A stretch of 45,353 nt of DNA, the filler included, from Catajapyx aquilonaris (taxonomy: Eukaryota): NCBI GenBank assembly GCA_000934665.2. It is 2 parts of 2 records of this genome, joined end to end, with 100 filler letters (N's around TTAATTAATTAA, not from the genome) between each part and the next. Parts side by side here need not be neighbours in the genome. Positions count along the whole stretch, not along the records: positions 1 to 22,658 come from JYFJ02005841.1; 1 more part is not named here. The stretch is one strand, 5' to 3'. Made by a program: the position numbers and the translations under genes. Position 1 is the first letter of the stretch; the number at the start of each line of letters is the position of its first letter. Of this stretch, positions 1-10,700 are shown piece after piece. Below the pieces are notes generated by a model. That model saw only the letters and a list, made by a program, of their open reading frames with translations, did no database searches and was not told the origin of the DNA.

Positions 1-998
1 AGACAAATTCTGCAAGACTGAAACCAGCCTTGTTTCAGCCATGCACATGTTTGGCAGGGCCACTGGATCATCTCTGACGGTGCGGGGCAAGAGGGGCTGG
101 CCCAACATGGCCGCCAGCGGCCATGTTGGGCCCCCCAATGTAGCCCTCCCCTTCGTACCTGTAAAGTTCAGCCTTAGTCCGGTAGGGTCGCCACATGATA
201 GCCTTGGGAAATGTCTCGTAGCGATCTCAAGTGGCCACCCGGTGCGTAATCCCTCGGCAGGTGATAACGCCAGAACGTAGTATTAGTGTCCGTGGGCTGG
301 CCTGGCCCTAACCAGGCCTCGTAGAGCAATATGACCTTCACTTCCATATACTGGTTTTTCACAAGAAATCTCGCTACCTGAAGCTTGTGCGCCATTTACC
401 GACCATCCCAAGGACCATCCTGTATACCAAGAGCTACTAGCACGCAGCTCCTGAGATATTGCCTCACTTTATGTTTCATTTGAACACACCTTACAGTTTA
501 GTGCCCTATTATACAGTAGTAGCCCGTCCTCTGGCCCGTCCACATGGATAAGGAACGATAAGGAATGTGTGTGAGGCTTGGCAACAGCGCGAGCTGGAAA
601 TAGTGTTGAGATTGGCCGCCGACTGCGTTCCACTCAGGGGCAAAGAACAGCGCCGACCAACGGCCAGGGTTAAAATGAAGGAGGAAGCAACACTTGAACA
701 TTTTAACATATGATATTACCTCTGGATCCTCACTGCTAACTTCCTCCAGACATTCTTGCGGCCTGAGCAGCCTGAGCACCTGAGCAGAAGCTACTCCAGC
801 TAGCCCCTGCCTTAACCGTGTCCCGCAGTACCCTTAACCTTATCGATTTGTGGGCTTCCTTACTTGTAGCGTGTACTTTGAACCTGACGTCAAATCCGTT
901 TTATAAGAGGTTGGACTTGATCACTGCAGGCTCTAAAAGTGACCCAGGTGAGCTCTCCATAACTGTCCACATTGCCAATCCAGGTGGCAAGTTTTTAA

Positions 999-1630
999 CG
1001 CTTAATCACCAACGTGGGGTCTTTTTGGACCCCACAATGTAGTTAATATCATCGCGATTAATAAATTTTGTATGAAAGAATACTGGCAGGCCTATAATTC
1101 CTCAGACATGCTTTCTTCGATCCGATGAAAAATTTTCACATCAGTAGAAAATTATTTAGCCGAGTTACCGGTACTTTTCTGCTGCTAAGCGTCCCTGTTG
1201 GGTCCAGATATACCCCACGTCGTAGCCAATTTACATAATTTTTTAGAGAACACGTCACAGCGCTGCGCAGCAAATTGTATTTTATAAAGTGTGAGTGTTG
1301 TTATTCAGCAATAAATATTTCTCGGAACTAAAATCTTGCAGACCCTGCAGCTGGGAATGTTTACGTTATAAGCCATTACTTACGGCATCGAGCTGGAAGG
1401 CTACGAAGCTGCGATTACGGAGTCTCAGGTCCCTTATGACTCAGCTCATGGTCACAGGAGATTGATTTTTTTTTTACACATACAAATGAGAATACAGGGC
1501 GAATTTAGCGGGGAAGAATGACTTTAGTGCTATTAAATGAAATTTAAAAAAAAAAACGAAAACCGCGTGGGGTCCTTAAAGACCCCACATCGTAGCCAAT
1601 ATATGGCAGATTCACGTTGGTGATTAAGTG
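999..1630. mobile_element. piggyBac-like MITE
   Basis: TTAA at 995-998 and 1631-1634; 18-bp TIR cgcttaatcaccaacgtg / cacgttggtgattaagtg; subterminal ggggtc-n5-gacccc palindromes. Confidence 0.85.
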
Positions 1631-1696
1631 TTAATGATTTGTGTTAAATTGTTATGTGAACTCGATTTTTTTGTTACAGATTTTGAAGAGTGCACC

Positions 1697-1784
1697 ATGT
1701 CAGCAATCTTGGGCAGTATAGCTGTACGAATTGCACCTCTGAAACACTGTGTGTTTCCAGTGCATAAATGTTTGGCAAGTACTG
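1697..1784 (+). CDS. ECHS1: ECHS1 coding exon 1, mitochondrial targeting peptide [29 protein letters not shown](G)
   Basis: ATG in caccATG context; basic, acid-free presequence; phase-1 donor G|gtagga matches the phase-1 acceptor at 11881. An upstream acceptor (ttttttgttacag, AG at 1678-1679) implies a further 5' UTR exon that I could not locate. Confidence 0.8.
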
Positions 1785-4700
1785 GTAGGAACCAGGAAAT
1801 GGATTTCTTTCATAATTCAATACATAGTACTACTCTGCTTAACCCTTAACTGGTGACCTGGGGTCTTTTAAGACCCCAGGTGCAATTTTTTTGTTATGAA
1901 AATATTGCATGGTTAGGTATATGATTTTTTAAATTCCGTTCTACGGCAGCTAGAGAGTTGAAAATTAAACCAAATTGTAGAAAACAGTTGCAGGTGTTGT
2001 GTAAAAGAATTAAAAAGCAAATATCTATCATTAAAGGCAATTTATATTTAAAAAATCCCCTGGGGTCTTAAAAGACCCCAGGTCACCGTAAGTGTTAGGA
2101 TTTTCCAGGTCACTAGTTAAGTGTTAACCCAGCATCACTTGAGTGTTCAGTGACCTTTGATGAATGCTCAGCCAGCGTATGATTCGTTAGTGTTCATTAC
2201 CGATGTTTTGTGAAATGTGAAATGAATGTTCGGCACTGGGCAATTCTGTGACAGGGTAATTCCTAATATCAAGCACATGGACCAGTGTTACCAAAATGGC
2301 CTCTGCAGGAACCCTTCAAAGTGTATCACTTTTCTGCTGCAGTGCATCTGCAATTCATCAGACATGAGAAAACACAAATAAGGGGTTAAATGAAGGCAGT
2401 GAGAAATATTGGCTTGCCTATGATTATATTTAGAATAGGGCTTTTCAAAAATATTGGCAGGGCAGGGAGTGGGAAGGAATTTTTCTGCCTAAGTTCTGCC
2501 AATATTCTCAGACTGTAAAACTCAAGAACCATGTATGTACTATTATTCTAGTATCTAGTTCAGGGGTATTCAACTGGCTGACCACGACGATATCAGGGCT
2601 GGAACTAGGTCAGTATTTTACGTAAAAGTCCGTAATTCCATGCAAGCTCCGTATTTTCCCGTAATTTCGTCAAAAAGTCCGTAAAGTCCGTATTTTTAGT
2701 GGACTGGAAAGGTAGCGTTTTGAAATCATATGAATTCTTACGAAATCACTGCAAAAATAACTAATAACGCTCCGGCTCGGCACTACGGCACTCTATGTTG
2801 AACCGCGACCCACCGAACTTGGGGGGGGGGGGGGNGGGGGGGGGGGGGAGTGTGTATGACTCTTATCATCATTATTGGGCCTACTACGTTTTAAAATGTA
2901 CAGGGTTGTTTAACTTTTTTGTCCGAACAGTTATCGGAAACTTCCACGTAGCTGCTACTTTGTAAGCAGTGACTTGCAAAGTGTGATTTTTCGGAGGAAC
3001 GGGGAATATTCCCTGCGAATCGTAGGTTGAAGTGGCATACGTGCTGCCCGCTGAAAATTGATGGTCAAGCCTGGAAAAATTAGGGTCACACATGCCATGG
3101 GATGTGTGACCATCTTTTTCCCCATTCCTCCAACAAATCACAGGTTGCAAGTCACTGCTTGCAAAGTAGCAGCTACGTGCAATTTTCCGATAACTGTTCG
3201 GACAAAAAAATTGAAACACTGTGTGTAAATGGAATATAATTTCGAGTCAACCACGCCTGTCCCTAGAACATAGCATATGCCATATGGTGCTCATTTCAGT
3301 CCAACAAGAATTGTCGCAGCGGCAGCGCACGAACTACAATCTACGAGCACAGGTATACGAGAGACTGTAGTTCGTGCGCTACCGCTTGCGACAATTCTTG
3401 TTGGACACCAGGTACTTATAATGCAAAATTTTCAAATTTCAAAAACTTCCCCGCCCCACCAGAAATCGTCTCGCGCCCCACACTTTGGGAACCGCTGGTG
3501 TAGACTATAGAGTGTATTTGTATTTTAGTAAAGCTTTCACTTGAAAATATTGTGTAAGATAATTTATCTTTTAAATCCAATTTTTTTTTTGTGTATAATA
3601 ATAATAATAATCCTGGGATAGTGCTTTCACCCCCAAACGGGGGTATATCACACAGACCTTTATTTTTGAACTATTATACAATATTGGAACCTATTAGTAT
3701 ACTGTAGTTGAAGCGCCCGGGCCCACGGGCAAGATGACAGGAGGGGATGTGCAAGGTGCAGTGCATCTGACGCTGTGGCCATTTTTAGTGAACTCCCCCG
3801 GGTGGTTTAGTCTGTCGAAATACCACCCGAGACGAAGCCAGAGGTGACCCTGAACTCTGCACGAGATGAAGGGGGTGTCCCCGGGTTGGGATCAAACCCG
3901 GGACCTTAACATCCGTGGGCGCATACGTTACCGCAGCACCACTCCGCCTCCCCCTTTTTGTGTATATAGTTGCCTATAACCCAGTTCCAAGGTCAGTAAA
4001 TAATGGTCAGTAATTGGTCAGTAATTTTGCCTTAAAAGTCAGTAAAGTCAGTATTTTGAAGGGCAAAAACCGGTTCCAGCCCTGCGATATACAGGACAGT
4101 TTGAATTTGATAGCATTAGAAATTACTAATTCATGATTTTTTGGAAAAAGTCTTACAAATTTCATCAAATATGCACCCAATCAAATCAAATCAAGCTCGT
4201 GTGACCTTGAACCAAAAAAATGTTTCGCCTGCGACAGGCTTGCTCCCTGCCCTTTACAGCTTGTTCACCTGGTGCTTGTAAAATGGCCCCCCCCTCCGAA
4301 ATTTTTGACGTGGATACGTCTTTAAAACCGGATCAGGGGGCATGCAGGGAAACATGAGCGTTACAGAAAAGCATTACAGCAGGATCCTGCCAGGTGGCCC
4401 ATGGCAGGGGCATGCAGGAAAACTCGAGCGAGAAGGGCGTTAGTCTATTATAACTCGAGTCTGCTATAACCGAGTCTATTATAACCAGAGTTGGGTAAGT
4501 TACTTTTGAAATGTAACTGGTTACAGTTACAGTTATTCAGTCCAAAAAAGTAACTAGTTACAGTTACAAGTTCCTTTGACCAAAAAATAACTAGTTACAG
4601 TTACAGGTACAGTTACAGTTACTCATGAAGTTACTTTTCCGTGGTCTGTCACCGCTGCTGTAGATGGATGGGGGATTCCCCATTTCTCCCTGAAATACGA

Positions 4701-7700
4701 ATCATACAGCATAACACCGTGGTCAAAAAAATGATCAACCTCGATTTACTTTTAATAATAGCTGCTTTTCAAAGTTTGCATCTGTAGGCTTTCCCCTTCT
4801 TGGGAACCGTCCCACTGTCGCCAAATAAATGAATCATCTGCATGTTAAAGGGACACTCCACTCAAAAAACAAGTTTGGCTCTAAAAATCGGGCAAAAAAT
4901 CCGGAATGCGACGGTGCAATTCGTTTTTCGCTATGCGGAACGGTAATCCCAGGGCGAGATGTCAAAGTGTGTCGTCTGCTAATGATCGGTGCCGCCACGC
5001 GGGGAACAGGGGAACTGGAGGGCTGCACCGCTCTGGGATTGGCCTCAACGCGGGGGCAGGCGGGAGCAGCCCTCCAGTTCCCAAGGTCCCGAGGGCGTCG
5101 CTGGCGGATGGCCAGCTTCTAGCGCACTATTTGAATTTCCCCACTTTGACCCCTCGCCCTGGGATTACCGTTCCGCATAGCGAAAAAAACGGATTGTACC
5201 TTCGGTTTCAGGATTTTTTTGCCCGATTTTTAGAGCCAAACTTGTTTTTTTTAGTGGAGTGTCCCTTTAAAATAGGTGCTTTTCAAACCCTGCACGGAAA
5301 AGTAACTTGGTAACTTTCATTACAAAGTTACTGTTTAAAGGTAACTAGTTACAAGTACAAGTTACTTGTGCACAAAAGTAACGAAGTTACCGGGAAAAGT
5401 ACTCAAAAAGTAACTAGTTACTAGTAACGCGTTATTTCTACTCAATTACTACCCAACTCTGATTATAACCGAGTCTATTATAACCGACGCTTTTCTGTAA
5501 CGCTCGAGTTTGCCTGCATGCCCCCTGATCTGATTTTAAAGACGTAGCCACGCCTGCATGCCCCCGCCATTATAGTCGAGAAAAGTGAAACTATGTAGGT
5601 TGAGCCCGCAAAAGCTGCCTGCGGCTTGTGTCCCCAACACAACCTAATGTAATTTTTCTGCCTACACGCCTGTACAGGACATCATAAAGGGCGAAAATGT
5701 CTTAACCCTGGAACCGTGGCGCGGGGTCTTTTAGGACCCCAAAGGAATTTATTATGATGATGATGATGATGATTATTATTATTATTATTATATTATTATT
5801 ATTATTTTTAAATATTTACCCCGTGATAGGGCAGAGCCCTTTTAGGGGGGAAGGGAAGGTTCCCAAGGGAGGGCCCTGTAATGGGGAAGTAGCCTTGGTC
5901 TGGGATTTGGGATTTTTGTTCATAACTAGCTAGCCCAGGCCTGTAAACATACATTCCATCACTTTGTTGCATCAAAATGACATTACTGGATAAATTACGG
6001 CACATTTAAAAGTGCCTTCAAAATTGGCGGGAAAAACGGGGACGGCCGGGTGGTGCCAATCGAAAGGGTGCACTGAAATGCCTGGTTGACTGCGAGATAT
6101 GAGGAATTTGACTTTGAATTAACCGCGGACACGACGGAAAGCATTCGCAAGGCGGCTGTAGGCCATCGAGGTGGAGAAAAGGGGCCTTCATGTGCCGAAT
6201 TCGGGTGACAGATAATTCCTACCAGTTGGCACCCCTGTCAGCCCAGAAGCGATGTGAGCGGCCTGGAATAAATACGCGCCCCGGCCGCTATCTTGCTCAC
6301 GGAATGGGACGGTTGCTAACAACAGCGAAGCATTTTATGACAATGACGGGGCGCGGTCTATAACACCATTTTTGCGTTCATTTCACTTCGCGTGACGTCA
6401 ACATTTTCTAGGCAAACAGTGACGTCACCATTTGCCTACATAAAAACCCCAATTACTCCGGAACTGAAACTGATATCTTAAAACGGAATATGCCAAAAAA
6501 ATCCAAAAAATATGGGCGAATTTATTATGTAGTTTCCAAAATGAAGGCTACTTCCCCATTATAGTCATTTCTGACTTTGTGAAATACACCAGACCTTTTC
6601 TCCTGGCCCTGGGCAGAGTAGGGAGTGCAATTCTGCCCCGGCATGTCGGGTGAAAAGCTGAAGAAGACCCGGCCAAACAGAGGTGACGGGGACGGGATTT
6701 GAACCCCGGCTGGCCAGTGGCGTAACCACCAGACCACCATGCCTCCCTGACCCCAAAGGAATTAAAATGCATCAAAAAGATAATTACAATGAACTGTTGC
6801 CATTTAAAAAGTATATAACAGGAAGTAAATGTTTATTTTGAATTAGCGATCATTTTAGGCATTGTTCAAAGAATGATTGTATATAGTCAATACATTGAAA
6901 AGTAATATGTAAATATTAATAAAAATTAAAATATGGATAGGGTCCTAAAAGACCCTATGTCACGGTTCCAGGATTATTTATGCCCTGTCTTGATAGGCCC
7001 TTCTACCCTTGCTGCACATGTTTCTATTTTCTAAAATGAACCATGTGGTACCATATAAAATCCATATCCTGACCTGGGGGTGGGGGTGGGGTGTGTGTGT
7101 GTGTGTTTCTGGACATCCAGTGTCCCAGGAAAGGTAAATACTGTACCTTGTCATAAACTACTTCAATAGCCCTGTTCTAGTTACACAACATCCCCAAGAG
7201 CAGAGGTCTTGACAAAACACTCAAATTTGATTACTCTGCCTTCTTTTTTGAACTGACCACTGGTATTCTTGGAAAATTTGTTTGCACAGACTGATGTGTG
7301 GACCCGTGGTTTTAGGTATGTGAAAACGAATGAATGACTACAGCAATACAAATTCTACATTTGTGTATTACTGGGGAAAATGATAATGAGTTCCAATATA
7401 TGATAGGAAGATGATCTGCCAGTTTACGATAAGAACTGGAAGCTTCGTGAGGGATTGGAGTCATTCTTGGGAACCATGCATTTGGGCAGGTAATTCCTGG
7501 AGCTTAAGAACATTTTCCAAATGTCCATTGATCAGATAATAATTGCTTATGATAAAGAACCTATTTTTAGGTTCTAAAAAACCCAAAAAAGATAGACATT
7601 TAGGCCCTGAAAGCAGTCAAAATAGGCTCTTAACCCCTTCAGCCCCAGCCACCTAGAATCTAGGCAATGAGAACTCGACCATGTAGTACCAGCTCTATAC

Positions 7701-10700
7701 CTCCATCGCCTAGATTCTTTTCGCTTCCCTTCCACTTGCAAATAAGGACAATAAATTTTACAAATAAAAACAGCTATACTTTTACATTCATGCTCTACAC
7801 CAGTGGTTCTCAAACATTTTTTGTCTCAAAATTTCAGGTGGATTAACATTCTCCTTCACATATGTTCCCTAGGTCTGTAGGAGTCGTTTGAGACATGGCG
7901 GCACTTGATCAGCTCCTTAGGTCAGGAGTTATGCGGTGTTGCCAACCTGGTCCTGGACCTAAGCGTTTTGTACCATTTTTAACTTTGCATTTTGGGATAA
8001 GAAGGTGCCACTTGGCACATATGTTCCTTAGGCCTATAGGAGCAATTTCTGAGTTGCTGGCAACTGATCGGCCTCTTAGGTCACGAGTTATGCGGTGTTG
8101 CCAACCTGATCAGGGAACTAAGCGTTTTAACTCGGCACTTTGCGATGAGAAGGTGCCACTTGGCAGACATGTTCCCTAGGTGTATAGGATCCATTTGAGA
8201 GATGGCGGCACTTGATCGGCTCCTTAGGTCAGGAGTTATGCGGTGTTGCCAACCTGGTCCGGAACCTAAGCATAACCGCATAACTCGTGATCTAAGGGGC
8301 AGATCAGGTGCCACCAACTCTCAAATGGAACCTCTAGGCTTGGGGAACATTCTTGCCAAAATCCCAAAATGCAAAGTTAAAAATGGTACAAAACGCTTAG
8401 GTCCAGGACCAGGTTGGCAACCCCGCATAACTCCTGACCTAAGGAGCCGATCAAGTGCCGCCATGTCTCAAACGACTCCTACAGACCTAGGGAACATATG
8501 TGCCAAGCGGTACCTAGTTCTTATCACAAAATGCAACGTTAAAAACGCTCAGGTCATCCCCGGCCATGTTGGCAACACCGCATATTTCGTGACCTAAGCC
8601 GCCGATCAGTTGCCTGCAACTCTGGAATTGCTCCTATAGGCCTAAGGAACACATGTGCCAAGTGGCACCTTTTTCTCACAAAGTGCAACATTAAGACGCT
8701 TAGGGCCCGGACTAGTATGGGTCATGATGTATTTGGTGCTGGCGCAGCAGTTGCAGTGAACATGGTGGCAAGCAGTGTGTCTGTATGTCTGTGAGACGGC
8801 AGTGTATAATTAAATTTCGTGTGAAGGAGAATGTTAATCCACCTGAAATTTTGAGAATATTACAAGCGCAGTATGGGGAACAAACTGTTACAGGAAAGAG
8901 TGTAGGAATGGTGTCAACAGTTTGGCAAATAATGACAGCTGGTGACAAATGAACTCCATCGACACATTCATCCGACTGAAGTCATGCAGACATGCAAAGT
9001 GTTATTCACATGGATTTTTTTTTGGTGAAAGGGGTCAAAATTAATGCCCAGTATTACTGTGCACTGATGAACGGTGCCGTACAAAATGCCGTTTGCAAGA
9101 AAAGACCTGGGATGTTGTCTGGAAATGTCATTATTCTCCATGACAATGCCCGACCCTCACAGCCAATTTGACAGCTACAACTCTGGCCAAAATACATTGG
9201 GAGGTCTTGCCCCATGCCCCTCACAGTCTGGACTTAGCCCTCAGTGATTATCTTTTGTTTGGGCCCCTTGGTAGGGAAGAAATTCAGGACAGATTAAGCA
9301 CTGAAGAAAGCCCAAGTCCTGAAGTGGCTGCGACATCAGCCCAGATATTCTTACGCCAAAGGAATCAGGGAGCTGCCACAACAATGGCATTGGTGCCTGG
9401 ACGCACACAGGGAATACCCTGAAAAACCGACATCATAGCTTGGTGCTTGTGGGACTTTTCATTTCTTCTCTGGAAATGAAGGTCTCACTCAACCTTGAAC
9501 GACCCTTGTACATTACAAGTACTGCATGCACGGGCAATTCCACATGAACGTGACCATCTTTAGCACGTAAAAATTTGCCCGTCGATGAGTGTGAGGTATG
9601 TTGGAGTCCATGTCAAGTTATGACCTTTCCCATAAGGATTTGGTCCGCCGATGCGTGGTTGCCTATCTACAGGCGCTAATTGCACTTGGATCACAGTTAG
9701 AGGCGCCCCCCTATTACATTTACATGGCAACGTAAATGCATGATGTAATACATGTTTCATGTGTGAAATTTTCTCCTCTTTCCTACAAAAATAGTCACTT
9801 TCCGATAGATGTCCAAATTCATGTCACAAATCGACATTTTTGCAAACAAATGACATTTTCAAAAAAAGAGCCAAAGTCAAATGTCATCGCATTGATATCA
9901 AAATGCACCTTGAAGTGTCCTCTATCAGTGGTACAAACGGAATTTTGGAATACGAAATGGTTCCGGAGCTATAGGTACTGACGTGGAGCGCTGCGCTAGT
10001 GGCCACGCCGCTGAATGAAAATGAGCGGCCCACCTAGGTCCGTCTTCATGTCTCAGGTAGTGTACGCTTGTCCTTTGTGTTTAATTCACTTAATAATATA
10101 GTTCAAAAAAAATTACCATAGAATAGTAAGAATAAATGAAAATTCCCTTCTCATGTTCAACAAAGTTTCAATTTTCACTAGTGTCAAGTGTGTGTTAAAA
10201 TATGCTTGATTATTTACAATAGAGAAACATGTAGCCTATACTTTTTATTTTTATATTCATTCCTCTATTCGTTCCTAGTCACAGTCCAAATGAATGTTCA
10301 CTGTTGAGGCCTGTACGGAATTCCTTGCGGATCCATACGGGCCCCTTGCTTTCACTATAATGGAATATATTGCACTCCTGCACCCCTCCACGTCAGTGAT
10401 TATAGCTCCGTAACCCTTGCGTAGGCCAAAATTCCGTTTGTATATGGCTGATAGAGGACACTATGAGGAATTTTTTGATATAATATAATATAATATAATA
10501 TAATTCATACTCCGTTATCAGCCTATCGGCTCTTTAGGGGGGAAGCTTTTGTTTTGCCTGGAACTCTTTGCTTTCATTTTACTGCACTTTTTGGGATAGG
10601 ATAGGGACGGAAGGAAGCGGCTGAGGCCTATTAATTACAGAAGCAACTCCGGAATTTCCCTGGAAGGACCGTGGGAAACCACAGAAAACCACGGTCAGAG

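Larger units (their letters stand above)
2594..4084. mobile_element. hAT-like non-autonomous element with 6-bp TSD
   Basis: TIR cagggctggaac / gttccagccctg; cgatat duplicated at 2588-2593 and 4085-4090; subterminal tccgta/tcagta repeat arrays at both ends. Confidence 0.8.
4307..5650. mobile_element. Unclassified palindromic insertion with short tandem tctattataaccgag repeats
   Basis: Inverted arms gacgtggatacgtctttaaaaccggatcagggggcatgcagg / cctgcatgccccctgatctgattttaaagacgtagccacg; interrupts the host hAT MITE with aattttt on both sides. Confidence 0.6.
2561..7174. mobile_element. hAT-like MITE (about 0.5 kb) interrupted by multiple nested insertions
   Basis: Termini caggggtattcaact / cttcaatagccctg; 8-bp TSD atctagtt (2553-2560) / ttctagtt (7175-7182). 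Its fragments (2561-2593, 4085-4306, 5651-5705, 6974-7174) match the reverse complement of the copy at 12500-14414. Confidence 0.85.

Noticed and set aside
1628..1696. N-terminal extension of ECHS1 from the ORF start at 1628
   Set aside because: It begins at a GTG inside a MITE TIR and crosses a splice acceptor; the ATG at 1697 gives the canonical length.
2310..2370. Hammerhead ribozyme on - (CUGAUGA, stem, GAAA)
   Set aside because: Stem I cannot form and there are extra bases before GAAA.
2821..2848. Poly-G/poly-C tracts with a single N (also near 14044, 29905, 40013, 43687, 45059) as functional G-quadruplex elements
   Set aside because: Homopolymer length is unresolved by the assembly, and at least some lie within TE sequence.
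7858..8710. CRISPR-like array or repeat-protein ORFs (7895..8179, 8202..8597)
   Set aside because: Eukaryotic context, units repeat over their whole length with no unique spacers, no cas genes; the ORFs are by-products of the repeat.
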